The position numbers and the translations under genes are program-made. From Octopus vulgaris (lineage: Eukaryota), in assembly GCA_951406725.2 (NCBI GenBank), contig OX597839.1:17112001-17176000 (forward strand): DNA of 64,000 nucleotides. Direction: 5' to 3'. Each line of letters begins with the position of its first letter. Position 1 is the first letter of the stretch. Under the pieces are notes generated by a model. The model ran no database searches. It was not told where the DNA came from and worked only from the letters and a program-made list of their open reading frames with translations. Below, one piece after another: positions 27,405 to 41,232 of this stretch.

Positions 27405-27772
27405 ATTACGTCCACCTTAGCGAAGGCGGAGGTATTATTTTCAGCTGTCTTTGCTTTTTTGTCTGCATACAAGATATCTCAAGAACTGCTGGATGTATTC
27501 GGATGAAACTTTCAGGGATGTTTGGCCTTGTGACTGGCATGAACTGATTAGATTTTGGGATTGATCCAGTACCGCCCAAGGATTCTGGATTATTTTTCTG
27601 GTTTTTAAAATTTTAATTTTGAGAGCAGTCTTGTTCATTTTTAGTTTTCTTGCTTGTGAGAGCAGCCGAATTTCTTTCAGATATTCTCATTTTAAAAATC
27701 ATTTCCAGCTAACCTTTGAGAGGACGTTGGTGTTGCCTTGGCAGAGGTTTGCTACTCTCTGAGTGCTCTTAT
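27405..27772 (+). mobile_element. Helentron/DINE-1-like non-autonomous element
   Basis: 5' ttattacgtccacctt...aaggcggaggta subterminal IR hairpin; 3' gccttggcagaggt followed by actctctgagtgc stem-loop and T-rich end. Confidence 0.7.
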
Positions 27773-28514
27773 TGTCTACTTTTTGTTAATTTTTTAATAC
27801 TATGTTAACTGCTCTTCCATGTTTTTAGATACTTGTGCACATATATTCTCACCTTATTTCCTTTCTATTTACAATTTTTCCTTTTCCCTTCTATTACATT
27901 TTTCTTTTTTTCCTCTTCTTTTTTCCTCTGTTTTACTCTTATTATTATGAGTTTTCTATGCTTTAACTTAAATGTGTACAGCTGTATGTACACAAGGGCA
28001 AACTATCAATGTCTTTTGCTTCAAATAACCAAGGAAAATGGATAACCACTTGAAACATGCATACTAAATGCATTTGAAATACCAGTAACTGGTTCCTGTT
28101 TGTGTAACATGATTTTTGTCCTTGGGTAGTAACTGTTATTTCCTATTTGCTTACCCCTAGAAAGTATGAAAAATGATTAATATTTCCATCAGACTCTGCC
28201 TTTGTTACAATATTTATTTAGACCCCAAAGAATCCCTCTCAACACATGGCTATGATGCTCCTCCACTACTCATGCTCATGATCTGAGATACACATATTGT
28301 CATCCAGTAAGGCACATGTTCAAGTGATTAAAGTCAAGCAACTGACAAAGCAAATCCGTGGTATTGTGCAGAATATTTGCTTTAACGATATTTCTGCTTT
28401 AGCAATTCAGTGCTGAACCTATCTGATATGTAACGGAAAATAGATAAGTTTCAAAACACTGACATCCGGGTCAGAAAAGTAAAGTTTGAAGGGAATAGTA
28501 GTTATTTCCTCAAA

Positions 28515-28820
28515 GAGGCAGTGACAGGTGACTGAGACCTTTGGTGATATACCATGCTTGAGAAGACTTGTCACGCCAAGTGAAATCATAGTCATGACTG
28601 ATGCTGGTGCTGCATAACTGGCAGCCATGCTGGAGCAACATGGTAAGCACCCACTACACTCTTTGAGTGATTGACATTAGGAAGGGTATCGATCTGTAGA
28701 AACTATGCCAAATCAGATTGGAACTTGGTGCAGTTCCCCAGCTTACCAGTTTTCTGTCAAACTGTCCAACCCATGCCAGCATGGAAAATGGAAGTTAAAT
28801 GATGACGACAACGATGACGA
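28515..28820 (+). mobile_element. RTE-tail repeat
   Basis: cattaggaagggtatc...ccaacccatgccagcatggaaaatgg...(gat)n. Confidence 0.75.
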
Positions 28821-28913
28821 GGAGTGTAAGAGTGGAATGTTGATCTAAACACCGGGTTTGAAATATCTGGTAATATGTATAGCGTTTACACAAACTACGT
28901 CCAAACTGCTTCA

Positions 28914-29219
28914 GTGTGGAGGCACATGGCCTAGTGGTTAGAGCAGTGGACTCGTGGTAGAGGGATTGCGGGTTCGAATATCAGACCAGGCAATGTGTGT
29001 GTTTATGAGCGAAAAACCTAAGCTCCACACGGCTCTGGCAGAAGGTAATGGCGAACTTCTGCTGACTCTTTTGCCACAACCTTCTCCCACTCTTTCCTCC
29101 TACATCTTGTAGCTCACCTGCAATGGACTGGCATCCTGTCCAGGTGGGGAACCTATACGCCAATGAAACCGGGAAACCGGCCCTTATGAGCTAGGCATGG
29201 CTCGAGAAGGAACAAACAA
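28914..29219 (+). mobile_element. tRNA-derived SINE family C (Meta/V-domain-like), full length with TSD
   Basis: A box tggcctagtgg, B box ggttcgaat; cctgcaatggactggcatcctgtccagg...gaaaccggg; 12-bp TSD caaactgcttca at 28902-28913 and 29220-29231. Confidence 0.88.
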
Positions 29220-29559
29220 CAAACTGCTTCACCTGATCATCTCATTCAAGTGTAAGAAGGATCTATGGCAGTATGTAAAGACAATGATTGAACTGATATG
29301 CACGAGCAATGCATAAGGAAGATGACAGGTATATGAAGTACCGAGTGATGCAAGTGGAAAGATCCAATGGAAGAGGATGATCAACATAGAACAAGAACAC
29401 ATGTGGTAGACGCTGATCTCAGAAAGGCTAAACCTCACCAAAAGCAACAAGTGAAATGATTACAGTGTAACAGAGGACACATACAACAACCCATATAAGT
29501 TGTAAGGAACAACAGAGAGAAGGATAATGATGATGATGATGACTATGATGATTATTATC

Positions 29560-29714
29560 GTATCATATGTACACATTAAACATACATACACACACAGGTA
29601 TGAACACACACATATATATATGCATACATACATACATACATATATATATATATATACACCGACATATATATATGTGCATACATACATACATACATATGTA
29701 TATATATATACACA

Positions 29715-29780
<66 letters not shown>

Positions 29781-29983
29781 GACATAGACTCAAATTTATA
29801 TGTATATATATTTGCGTGTGTGTGTGTGCATTATTTCTGTGCATTGTGTGTGTGCATGCATGTGTTTGTATGTTTGTATGTATGTGTGCGAGTGGATTTG
29901 GTAGACAAAAACTGAAAGAAGACCACACACACACACACACACATAAAAGCACACACAAACACATACATACACACTCACAAACA

Positions 29984-30028
<45 letters not shown>

Positions 30029-30180
30029 CTGTCTATATATCTGGCTATCTGTCTCTATATCTATGGCTGCTTTTCTACAATTTATATTATCTAACAATTA
30101 ATCAATATGTCTCACTGTTCAGACAGAAACACACGCACTTAGATTCACAGACATATGCAGACATGCACGCACGCACACGC

Positions 30181-30211
<31 letters not shown>

Positions 30212-30545
30212 TACATACACACGATACAAAGACACCTTCAGACGCACATGAACTGATAACCTCGTTCCAGGCACACACATATTCATACATACTCACACAC
30301 ACACACACATATGCGCATACTTACTTAGATTCACAAGAAGGAAAAAAATACATGCAATACAGTCATTCATATTCACTATTATGCACACACACACACACAC
30401 ACACGCAAATACACAAACATAAATTCTTTACATATCAGCGGACGCTGTCACTGATACACATTGTAATATAATATATATATATATATATAAAGATATATGT
30501 ATGTATATACATATATACATACATTCATACATATATATCTATATT

Positions 30546-30639
<94 letters not shown>

Positions 30640-30704
30640 TATATTTACATATATATAGTTATGTATGTATGTATATGTATATACACATGCATATATATGT
30701 ATAT

Positions 30705-30757
<53 letters not shown>

Positions 30758-30841
30758 GTATGTGTATATATATATATTTACATGTATAGATATACATATA
30801 TAAGTACATATGTATATACATACATATATACTTAAATATTC

Positions 30842-30875
<34 letters not shown>

Positions 30876-30921
30876 CACACAGAGACATATATAAAAACAC
30901 ACACACACATATATATATATA

Positions 30922-30967
<46 letters not shown>

Positions 30968-31525
30968 CAAACATAAATATATACAAACATATATAGATAT
31001 ATATTTGTGTGTGTATGTATATATATATATATTCTACCGTGCATACTTATAGATGGGTCTAATAATATATAAATGAATATGTTCCTACTTCAACTGTTTT
31101 GCATCTACTTCAGAAATACAATGATGTAACATTAGCATATTCATTGGTATAGTGGTGGAGGCAATCAGAGTTATACTAACAGATGCACACGCTTCGAGAT
31201 GGGGTTACATTATACACACATGAACAAACACAGGCACAGACACTTGCACAGACACCGTACAGACACACATGCATGCACAGATTCTGCACAGATACATATG
31301 TAGATACACTGATACATGCATATGTGTCTACATACACATACACCCACAGTCATACATACATATGCACACACACACACATGCACACACATACACACACACA
31401 CAAATACAAAAAAACAGACAGATAGAAGAGATCAATAGATAGATAAATTTTGCATATAATTGTATATATATATTAAGCTGTACACAAAACCTACATATAT
31501 ACATATACATATATACATATATATA

Positions 31526-31581
<56 letters not shown>

Positions 31582-31615
31582 TATATATATACATATACAT
31601 ATATATATATATCTC
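29560..31615. repeat. extended compound microsatellite region
   Basis: (TA)n, (CA)n, (TACA)n directly visible. Confidence 0.95.
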
Positions 31616-31719
31616 TCTTCTCCTCTCCTTCCTTCTCCCCTCTCCCCCCTTACCCCCTCTTCCCTCATCTCCTAACTCTACACTGCACCATACGACTTTA
31701 CACATCACATCATATATAC

Positions 31720-32108
31720 ATACACACGTCCAGACCTCTCATACGCACTAATACTCTCTCATACACACACACACACTCTTATGTTGGAGCGAGGTCATTT
31801 AACCCTATTATCTCCCCTAATTTCGCTCTTGCGTCTCACGTTTGATCATTGACTTCTGGCCGAAATCAGATCGCCATGTTGATTTGCTAGCCTCTGCACG
31901 CATTTTTTTCTCTCCTTCTTTCTGTGTTTCTTCTCTGTGTGTCTTTCTGTTGAAGAGCGTAGGCTCGAAACGTTAAAGACTTGTTTTATTTATATTTCCT
32001 GAGCGCCATACTAATACAATTGTTTGTTTGTATTCCACCTGCCTTCGTCTTTTGTTTATTTCCGTAAACCTGCCTTCGTCTGTTGTCTATTTTCATAAAG
32101 CTTCCCGT
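31720..32108 (+). mobile_element. Penelope-like element 3'/pLTR fragment
   Basis: CpG-retaining segment with minimal HHR and T-rich tail; tail homologous to 61240-61325 (minus strand). Confidence 0.6.
31941..31980 (+). ncRNA. minimal type I hammerhead ribozyme (CUGUUGA core variant)
   Basis: GUCUUU-CUGUUGA-A-GAGC GUAG GCUC-GAAA-CGU-U-AAAGAC: perfect 6-bp stem I, 4-bp stem II, palindromic ACGU helix III. Confidence 0.75.
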
Positions 32109-32129
32109 TATATATATATATATATATAC

Positions 32130-32252
<123 letters not shown>

Positions 32253-32305
32253 ATATATACATACATATATATGTATACATATATATATAAGTGTGTGTGC
32301 ATGTG

Positions 32306-32336
<31 letters not shown>

Positions 32337-32699
32337 ATGTATATCAATGGAAGATCACTTGCTTCTCCATCAATGATAAGCATGGCTATTCATGTGAAAT
32401 GATGCAAGCTGTAGGACACCAAACATCAACAGCTTAAATGCACATTGTGGCCCTGGAATTGCATCATCCTGGGGCCTCATCCTATTGAGGGATGTGTGTA
32501 TGGTTGTGCACATATTGTGCGATTTTGAAACCTGCTTCCCAGTTACATGGGACTCAGTCCAACTGCATGGACCCTAGGGCAAGGATCTTGTATTATAGCC
32601 TGGTTCTGACTAAAGCCTCTTGCCTGTATTTGGTAGATGGAAGTATTGTGTGTATGAGTGCACTCTATGTCTGTTTCCTCTTATGTCAAGGTTTACTGT

Positions 32700-32935
32700 C
32701 ATACTTTGTCATTCATATACACTAACATTGCACATCCAATGGATCACACAAGCTTCATCTATTTCCAGCATTCTCAAGCCATTTGCATTCAAGACCCATA
32801 TCTCAATGCCATGCAGCATTGCAGTTCTACCACAAATATCATACAATTTGCCCTTCACTCCCAGTGATAGTAACTTCCTGAACTTTCTCCAGCCCATTCT
32901 TACCCTAAATGCTATACTTTGAAGGAACCACCACC
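32700..32935 (-). mobile_element. decayed RTE ORF2 fragment
   Basis: GWRKFRKLL.LGVKGKLYDICGRTAMLHGIEIW...HWMCNVSV. Confidence 0.8.
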
Positions 32936-33784
32936 CCTGCTAATTATTGCTCCAGTTCTCTCAGCTGGTAAAAATGAGTGATCTTATGACAGACCATCAA
33001 ATCTAGGGATGAGTGTATATACCGGAGAAACTGGGAAGCCAGCCCTATGCTCTTTACAGAGTAATACAGACTAGCTAACCTTTATTACATATGAAACACA
33101 TCGTGCAAAGTCTCTCAAAGACCAGGGGTTTCATAATGTTGGGGATCTTTGAACTGATAAATGACAGGAAATCTGGAGGGTTATATAGTATTCAGGGATG
33201 TTTTGAGTAGATTTAGGGTTTTCTAATCAAAGACAGGGTTTTGGGTTTGTTTACTTTCAGCATATTTGTAATTTATTAGGTTTAGTTTTATTTATTTTAA
33301 AAATTTAATATGGAAAATTTTGTTTAACTGTGTTTTTGGTTGTGGGTGTGTTTATGTATGTCTGTGTATATGTTTGTGTATGTGTGTGCATGTGTGGTGT
33401 GTATGTCTGCACATGCTCCTATGTGTGTTGATGTATGTGTTTGTCTTGGTGTTTTTCATTGATGTGGCAGGTGTTTGGTGAATTGGAAGCAAATGTAAAA
33501 AATTTTCTTCAAAATGAAATTTGAAACATAATTTCCTAAGGGTTTGATCAATGTTTATGCGAATGTGCATGCGCTTAGAAAATGGTAAATAAGGGTAAAT
33601 GAAATTTCAATGCATAAAATGACAATTAAGAAACACTACAGATGTGTATTAGGTAGTGAAGATGTGTATTAGGTAGAGATGGCTATGGATGGCTCTACAA
33701 CTTAGACCATTTAAAATGAAAATAACCCAATATTTTTATACTATTATTTATAGCCTTATCTACTTTGAGTTCCATCATTAATAA

Positions 33785-34055
33785 CAATCTATATCATCAT
33801 CATCTTCATCATCATCATCATCGTCATCATCATCATTGTCGTCATCATCATCATTCAATGTCTGTTTTCCATGCTGGCATGGGTTGGATGGTTTGACAGG
33901 AGCTGGCCAATTGAAGAGCTGCTCTGGTTTTATGTCTGTTTTGGCATGGTTTCTGTGGTTGCATGCCCTTCCTAATGCCAACCACTTTGCAAAGTGTACT
34001 GGATATGTTTATGCAGCACCAGCATGGGTGCTTTTTATGTGGCACCAGCACCTAC
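33785..34055 (-). mobile_element. RTE-tail repeat with (CAT)n
   Basis: ttccatgctggcatgggttgg...atgcccttcctaatgccaacc. Confidence 0.8.
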
Positions 34056-34109
34056 GAGTCTGTAAGATTGGGAAACGTTTAGCTGGAGAGGGATGCAAGG
34101 GACATGCCT

Positions 34110-34683
34110 TTTATCTTTTACTTGTTTCAGTCATTAGACTGTCACCATGCTGGGGCACCACCTTGAAGGGTTTTTTTTGTCAAATGAATCAACCTCATTA
34201 CATCCTTTTTTAATATGTTAATGTTTGTTTTTTGTTTTGCTATAATAAAAACAATTTTACATTAATCAGAGAGGTTAATCTATACTTTTGTAGAGTACAA
34301 GCTTATTCTTAATCCAGAAAATTGTTGACAGCGAGGAGTTGACAGTGACTTTGAAGTTTTGACAGGCCAGTGATGGCTTGACTGGTCAAACCTTTGAAAA
34401 CACTGTCAACAATATTTTTGTTTAAGAATAAACTTTGTGTGCATGTGTGTATGTATGTGTGTGTGTGTGTGTGTGTGTGTTTATATGTATATGCACACAC
34501 ACTCACACACACACACACACACACATATACACAATGGGCTCTTCTTTCAGTTTCCATCTCCCAAATCTGCTCACAAGGCCTGGGGTTGCAGTGGAAAACA
34601 GTTGTCCAAAATTCCACGCTGTGGGACTGAATCCAAAACCACATTATTGGCAAACAAACTTCTTAACCACACAACCACGCCTG
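34110..34683 (-). mobile_element. SINE family B pieces (tail 34110-34200, head 34535-34683)
   Basis: Reverse-complement family B tail and head separated by other sequence. Confidence 0.7.
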
Positions 34684-34699
34684 CTCTTATGTATATAAG

Positions 34700-35048
34700 T
34701 CCATCCCCTCCTCGCTGTGGTGGGGACGCTGGCAACGGGTAGTGTCAGAGCTATGTCATCAGGAACATCGGTTCCTGGTAGGGCCACCCAAGGCGAATTG
34801 GTCTGAAACCGAGTGGTATTAGGGCCACAACCCGGCAGACGGGGCTCTGGTGAAAATCCTCGGAGTGTCTGTTTCGGCAACCGGCGGCTCCTTGGTCATT
34901 CTGTCCCTGCGTCTGCGGACAATCTGCGGCAAACAGGATGTCTCTACATGCGGGATTGTTGGGAACCGCTTGTGAAATCCACATATTCCCACGAAACTTC
35001 TTCCAGGGAATAAGCCGACTCAACCCGCCCAGGGTGAATGTCACCACA
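34700..35048 (+). mobile_element. RTE-type LINE 5' region (GC-rich, no ORF)
   Basis: gagctatg...cctggtagggccacccaagg...ggtc resembles 5' UTRs of RTE/BovB/Rex3-type elements as I recall them. Confidence 0.55.
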
Positions 35049-35465
35049 AGTACAAATAGTATGTCTCTTCTATTTTCTAATTATTATAAATCTTCCACTG
35101 AGGAGGGAGCCAGTTTCCAACAAAGATACAGGACTCCATCTTTGGGATGTAGTTAAGACAAACAAATTCACATTTGGAACTTGAGAAAAGTTTTGCATAT
35201 TCTTACTGTTCCCCTTACAGATTGCCCTTGTAATGTACGAATTAGCCGGTTGATTTCTCTTTCTGAAAATCCCAGTTTACCCAGATTCTCCTTTAAGCAT
35301 TTACTAACAAAACCTAGTGCTCCAATTATTATTGGTATGAATATGAATTCATAGTCTGGATACATAGAAGCTGAAGGTTTTGAAGCAGTTGTCCATAGAT
35401 ATCCTCTTTTTCTTTGATTTTCAATGAGGTATTTATATCTGCAGGGCAGCTGACCTCTATGATGG
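35049..35465 (-). mobile_element. R4/Dong-like (RLE) non-LTR retrotransposon 3' fragment
   Basis: IIEVSCPADIN...KEKEDIYGQL (frameshift) YPDYEFIFIPIIIGALG...LQGQSVRGTVRICKTFL*, then 3' UTR. Confidence 0.8.
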
Positions 35466-36065
35466 TACGCATGCATGCATGTATGTTTATCTGTATGTAT
35501 GTATGTATGTATGTATGTATGTATGTATGTATGTATGTATGTATGTATGTATGTATGTATGTGTGTGTGTGTGTATATATGTATTTATGTATGTATGTAT
35601 GTATGTATGTAGGTAGGTAGGTAGGTAGGTAGGTAGGTAGGTATGTAGGTATTTATGTAAATATGTATATAAGTATGCATGTGCGTATAGGCTTGTGTGT
35701 ATGCATATGTATGTATGTGTGAATGTATGCATGTATGTATGAATGTATATATGTGCTTATTTAGATAGATATATATATAGAGGCTCTTGCTCAGAAGAAG
35801 AAAGCTGGTTGTTTCTCTCATAACATTTATAGAAGTTTATTCTGAGGAAGTTTAAGAAGAGAGGCAGTGCAGGTGGGCAGAAGGTTTGAATAGATGCTTT
35901 ATGGTATATATTTCAATGACACACAGTTAGTTTGGTGTTCTAAGTTTGACATGGTTATGTTTGCTTTCCATTCTCCTGTAAGGAGGATGAAGAAAGCAAG
36001 TATCAATTCAGTCTTATATCAGCAAAATCATTATTGTTACTACTATTATTATTATTATTATTATT

Positions 36066-36251
36066 CTATGTTTGACTTTTGCTTTACATTTGCACAAGCT
36101 GGTTCCAGGTCTCGCCCAGAGACCTCAAGAGACAACAAGTTGGAAGTTTGTGTTAGTGTTATGCCTAGGGTGCCATATATTTGGTTTTGTACTTAGTGTT
36201 GTACTAGTGAATGCCTAAAAAAAAACATACGAAAATTATGTTTGTTTTAAA

Positions 36252-36252
<1 letters not shown>
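36066..36252 (-). mobile_element. putative Dong/R4-type 3' end inserted in (TAA)n
   Basis: Unique 190 bp flanked both sides by (TTA)n; minus end gaggtctctgggcgagac...aaagtcaaacatagaataataa. Confidence 0.5.
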
Positions 36253-36298
<46 letters not shown>

Positions 36299-36311
36299 CA
36301 TCATTATTAGA

Positions 36312-36490
36312 CAGTAAGCTGGTAGAATTGTTAGCACGCCAAGCAAAATGCTTAGTGGCATTTCATCCGTCTACATGTTCTGAGTTCAAATTCCGCCGAG
36401 GTCGACTTTTCCTTTCATCCTTTTGAGGTCGATAAATTAAGTACCAGTGAAACACTGGGGTCAATGTAATCAACTAGTCCCTACTCCACA
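36312..36490 (+). mobile_element. SINE family A
   Basis: aagctggtagaattgttagcacgcc...gagttcaaattccgccgaggtcgac. Confidence 0.85.
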
Positions 36491-36491
36491 A

Positions 36492-37195
36492 AGTCAGTCA
36501 AGTCAGTCAAAACATTTTATTCATTTATCAGTCAAAATGTATTATGTGTTTTATATCTGAGAAAATATTGATTAAAACATGTCAGTATCAATTTGTCAAT
36601 CAAAATATATTTTATGTCAGTCAAAACATATCATTCATTTAATATCAATCAAAATATACTGTTCATTTAATATCAGTCTAGACATATTAATTATTTAATA
36701 TCAATCAAAATATATGGTTCGTTTTATATCAGTTGAGATATATCATTCACTTAATATCAATCAAAATGTACTGTTCATTTTATAGCAGTCAAAACATATT
36801 GATTAAAATATATGAGTCAAAATACACCAGTCGAAATATATATTTTACATCAGTCAAGCATACCATTCATTTAAAATCAATCAAAACATTGTTTTACATT
36901 ATATCAGTCAAAAATTTGATTAAAACATGTCAATCACAATATATCAATCAAAATATATTGCTATGTCAATTAAAACATACCATTCATTTAATATCAATCA
37001 AAACATACTGTTCAGTTTATATCAGTCAAGACATATCATTCATTTAATATCAATCAAAATATACTGTTCATTTTATGTCAGTCAAGATATGCTATTAATT
37101 TGATATCAATCAAACCATACCATTCATTTTACAGCAGTCAAAACATATTGATTAAAACATGTCAATCACAATACATCAATCAAAATATGTCAGAG
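36492..37195. repeat. degenerate AT-rich minisatellite (about 27-30-bp units)
   Basis: Recurrent atatca(a/g)tcaaaa(c/t)ata...ttcattt and attgattaaaacatgtca. Confidence 0.85.
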
Positions 37196-37309
37196 ATGTG
37201 TATCAGGCAAATTATTATCTATGAACTACATTACTTGATATATTCATATCAAATAACCAGAAAATTCAAATTAAAGCCATACAGAAGAGATAAATCAAAA
37301 CGTAAGTGT

Positions 37310-38055
<746 letters not shown>

Positions 38056-38456
38056 ATAAAAAAAAACATATTAGCCAAATCCAGCTCTAGAAACATTACA
38101 GTTAAACGAGCCTTGATATAATGAGTCCAAGCAAAATATGCTAAAAAAAGGCAAAAGAAAAAAAAAACGTCAATCATATCTTGTCACTCAATTGTGAAAA
38201 AAACCCCCAAAAACAGAGGTTCAAAAAAAAAAAATTTTAAAAAGGGTCAAAAAGATTGATAGGAAGGAAACTCGAGAAATTACATTGATGGAAAAATACT
38301 TGAGAAATACCACAATTCCATAATTTCATTTCATAGTCTATTATCAATACTTGAAAATGTTTTTCCAAACTGACATCCAACAGTCATAATAAATATTGAT
38401 TTTTTTTAAAAACTAACTTTGGCACAAGATCAAGATTTTTCTGTAAAGAAGAGGGT

Positions 38457-38645
38457 ATCATCATCATCATCACCATCATTATCCTCGTCGTCGTTGTTGT
38501 CGTCACCACCACCAATATCTCCACCAGCACCACCACCACCACCACCTGCACCACCAGCACCGCCGCCGCCGCCACCACCACCACCACCACCACCACCACC
38601 ATGACGACGACCACCACCACCAACACCACCACCATCATTATCATT
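38457..38645. repeat. (CAT)n/(CCA)n trinucleotide tract
   Basis: Directly visible. Confidence 0.9.
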
Positions 38646-38762
38646 TAACATTCTTGCATTGACTGGTTTGCTAGGAACAGGTTAGCCAGAGGGCTTGTGC
38701 CAGTCAAGCACCAATGATAATTTGGTAGATGGAAACTGAAAGAAGCCTGTATTGTATATATT

Positions 38763-38795
<33 letters not shown>

Positions 38796-39175
38796 ATTAG
38801 TGTTTGTCATCCTATAATTGTTTAACAATGGAGAAGGTTGAGAAAGAGAGAGGACTCGTATTTCATTTATCATCCCTGAACGGATAAAAGACAAAATTGA
38901 TTCTGCCAGGTTTTGAACTCAGAGCGCAGAGCACCAGAACTAATACTGCAAAGAAGCATGTTTATCTGATGTTCTAACGAATCTGCTAATATATTCCACA
39001 TTAGGCAGTTAGGTTAAGTAACCTCCACAGACAGTCCATCACCCCACCGTCTCCTCTTTAGCTTGTCTTATATGCTCTGCTGAGCTTTAACAGATCTTCA
39101 CAAATTGTCTCATGTCTTGTTTGTTGTTGCATTCTTTTCTCTAAGTTGATTTTTCGAGTTAAAAATCAAAACAAA

Positions 39176-39915
39176 CGATGATGATGATGATGATGATGAT
39201 GATGATAAGAAGGAGGTGATGGTGGAAGAAAAAGAAGAAAAAGAAGGAGAAGAAGAAGAAGAAGAAGAAGAAGAAGAAGAAGAAGAAGAAGAAGAAAAAG
39301 AAGGAGAAGAAGAAGAAGAAGAAGAAAAAGAAGGAGAAGAAGAAGAAGAAGAAGAAGAAGAAGAAGAAGAAGAAGAAAAAGAAGGAGAAGAAGAAGAAGA
39401 AAAAGAAGAAAAAGAAGGAGAAGAAGGAGAAGAAGAAGAAGAAGAAGAAGAAGAAGAAGAAGAAGAAGAAGAAGAAGAAGAAGAAGAAGAAGAAGGAGAA
39501 GAAGAAGAAGAAGAAGAAGAAGAAGAAAAAGAAGAAAAAGAAGGAGAAGAAGAAGAAAAAGAAGAAAAAGAAGGAGAAGAAGAAGAAGAAGAAGAAGAAG
39601 AAGAAGAAGGTGGTGGCAGCAGTGGTGTTGGTGGTGATGATGATGGAGAGGAGGAGGAGGAGGATGAGTAGTGGGGGAAAGAAGAAGGAGAGGAAGAACT
39701 GGGAAAAGAAGGAGGGAGAGGAGGAGGAAAAAGATGGAGGGGAGGATGAAGGGGAGGCGTAGGAGGGGGAAGAAGAAGTTGATGATGATGATGATGATGA
39801 TAATGAGGAGGAGGGGAAGAAAACAGAGGAAGAAGAAGATTAAGTATAAGAATAAGAAGAAGAAGAAGAGGCAATGAGGACAAGAACAAGAAGAATCAAA
39901 AGACGAGGAAAAAAG
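39176..39915. repeat. purine-rich (GAA)n tract with GAAAAAGAAGGA interruptions
   Basis: About 385 bp with no pyrimidine on + strand (about 39224-39610); poly-E/poly-S ORFs are artefacts. Confidence 0.95.
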
Positions 39916-40726
39916 AACAGACAATACAAAGTAAGACTAAGAAATCTCTAGAACCAAGAATCAATACAACGTACTAAGGAACGGTTTCCCCGCTCTCCCC
40001 TTCACTAACAAAATTAATGGTAAACTATTTTCAGCAGCTAAATAAAAAGAAAAACCAGAAAAAAAAAAATTAGCCAAAACTATACAAAACAACAGCAAGA
40101 TGCTTTCGTGGTCAGTGACATTATGAGTTAGCTTACGTCACTTTTCATCTTGTGAAGTTGCCTTTCTTATTCTTATGGATTCACTTTGAAAAATTGTTTT
40201 CGTTTTTTTTTCTTCATTGTATTATCAAAATATTGATATACACCAACTTAGCAGAATGGTTAACGCTAATTTTTTTATTTATTCCGTTCTAACTTTTTCT
40301 TCTTATCCACCTCTTTCTTCTCATCTTTCACTTTCTTCCCCTTCTTCTCCACCTCTTCTTCGTCTTCTCCTCCTCCTCCTCTTCCTCCTTCTTCTTCTTC
40401 TTTTTCTACCTATTGTTGTTGTTGTTGTTCTTATCTTCCACCTCTCGTTGTTGTTGCTGTTGTTGTCATTGACGTTGTTGTTGTTGTTCTTCTTCTTCTT
40501 CTTCTGCCCATGCTCTTCCTCCTTCATCTTTAAAATGACACTCATTATATATCATTAAATTGCTGATACTGACACAAGCTAGCCTCTCCATTATGACCGA
40601 CCAGTGGCCCAGCAACAAAATTTGCTAAGGGGATGCAAACCCAGGTCCTAATTTTTTAATGAAAAATGTGTATTTTTCCAATGTTAACATTAAAACAAAT
40701 GCAGGTATAATAATAATTTTTATTAT

Positions 40727-41232
40727 TATGAGAGTCGGCTGAAATGTTCATAATCTGAGCAAGACACTCTCAATGGAATGTGACCAAATGAAGTTCATTT
40801 ACTAACATAGTTTCTCTTACTGTCCACACACTTCCATAAGTAGTTGCAGTGCTGGGATCGCACTGGTGAAGAAGCTTTTCTGTTGATCAAAATGGTCATC
40901 AACAACAGATAAGATGTTCTCATCATAGTGATACTGGTGCTCAGCTGAGTGTTTTTCTATGTTGGGAAACAGATGATAACCAGAAGGAACCAAATTACTA
41001 ACATAGGGAGGATGATCAACCAGTTCAAAGCCAGTCACACACAGCAGCCATTGAAACAAAGGACTTGTGTGTTGAAGCATTGTCCTAATGAAACAAGACC
41101 CCATTCATCAGTTTTTCTGGGTGTTTGGTCTTTATAGCCTTTCATAACTGCCTTAGGAAGTTGGCATTGAAATTTTCCATTGATGGTGTGATCATTTTGA
41201 AGATAGCCAATAAACACAATATTTTTTGCATT
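40727..41232 (-). mobile_element. mariner transposon 3' fragment (catalytic domain and TIR)
   Basis: FIGYLQNDHTING; GFELVDHPPYVSNLVPSGYHLFPN (YSPDLAPSD motif degenerate); terminal tatgagagtcggctgaaatgttcata. Confidence 0.85.

Noticed and set aside
28918-28995. tRNA gene
   Set aside because: A/B boxes are a SINE head; no complete cloverleaf, and it is followed by a SINE body with TSD
38384-38651. Poly-Pro/poly-Gly ORF (formin-like look)
   Set aside because: Trinucleotide drift from a (CAT)n retroposon tail
39110-39924. Poly-Glu, poly-Ser and poly-Leu ORFs
   Set aside because: Products of the (GAA)n tract; no splice or domain support
40134-40185. Minus-strand exon candidate ending GAC|gtaagc
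   Set aside because: All three frames contain stops
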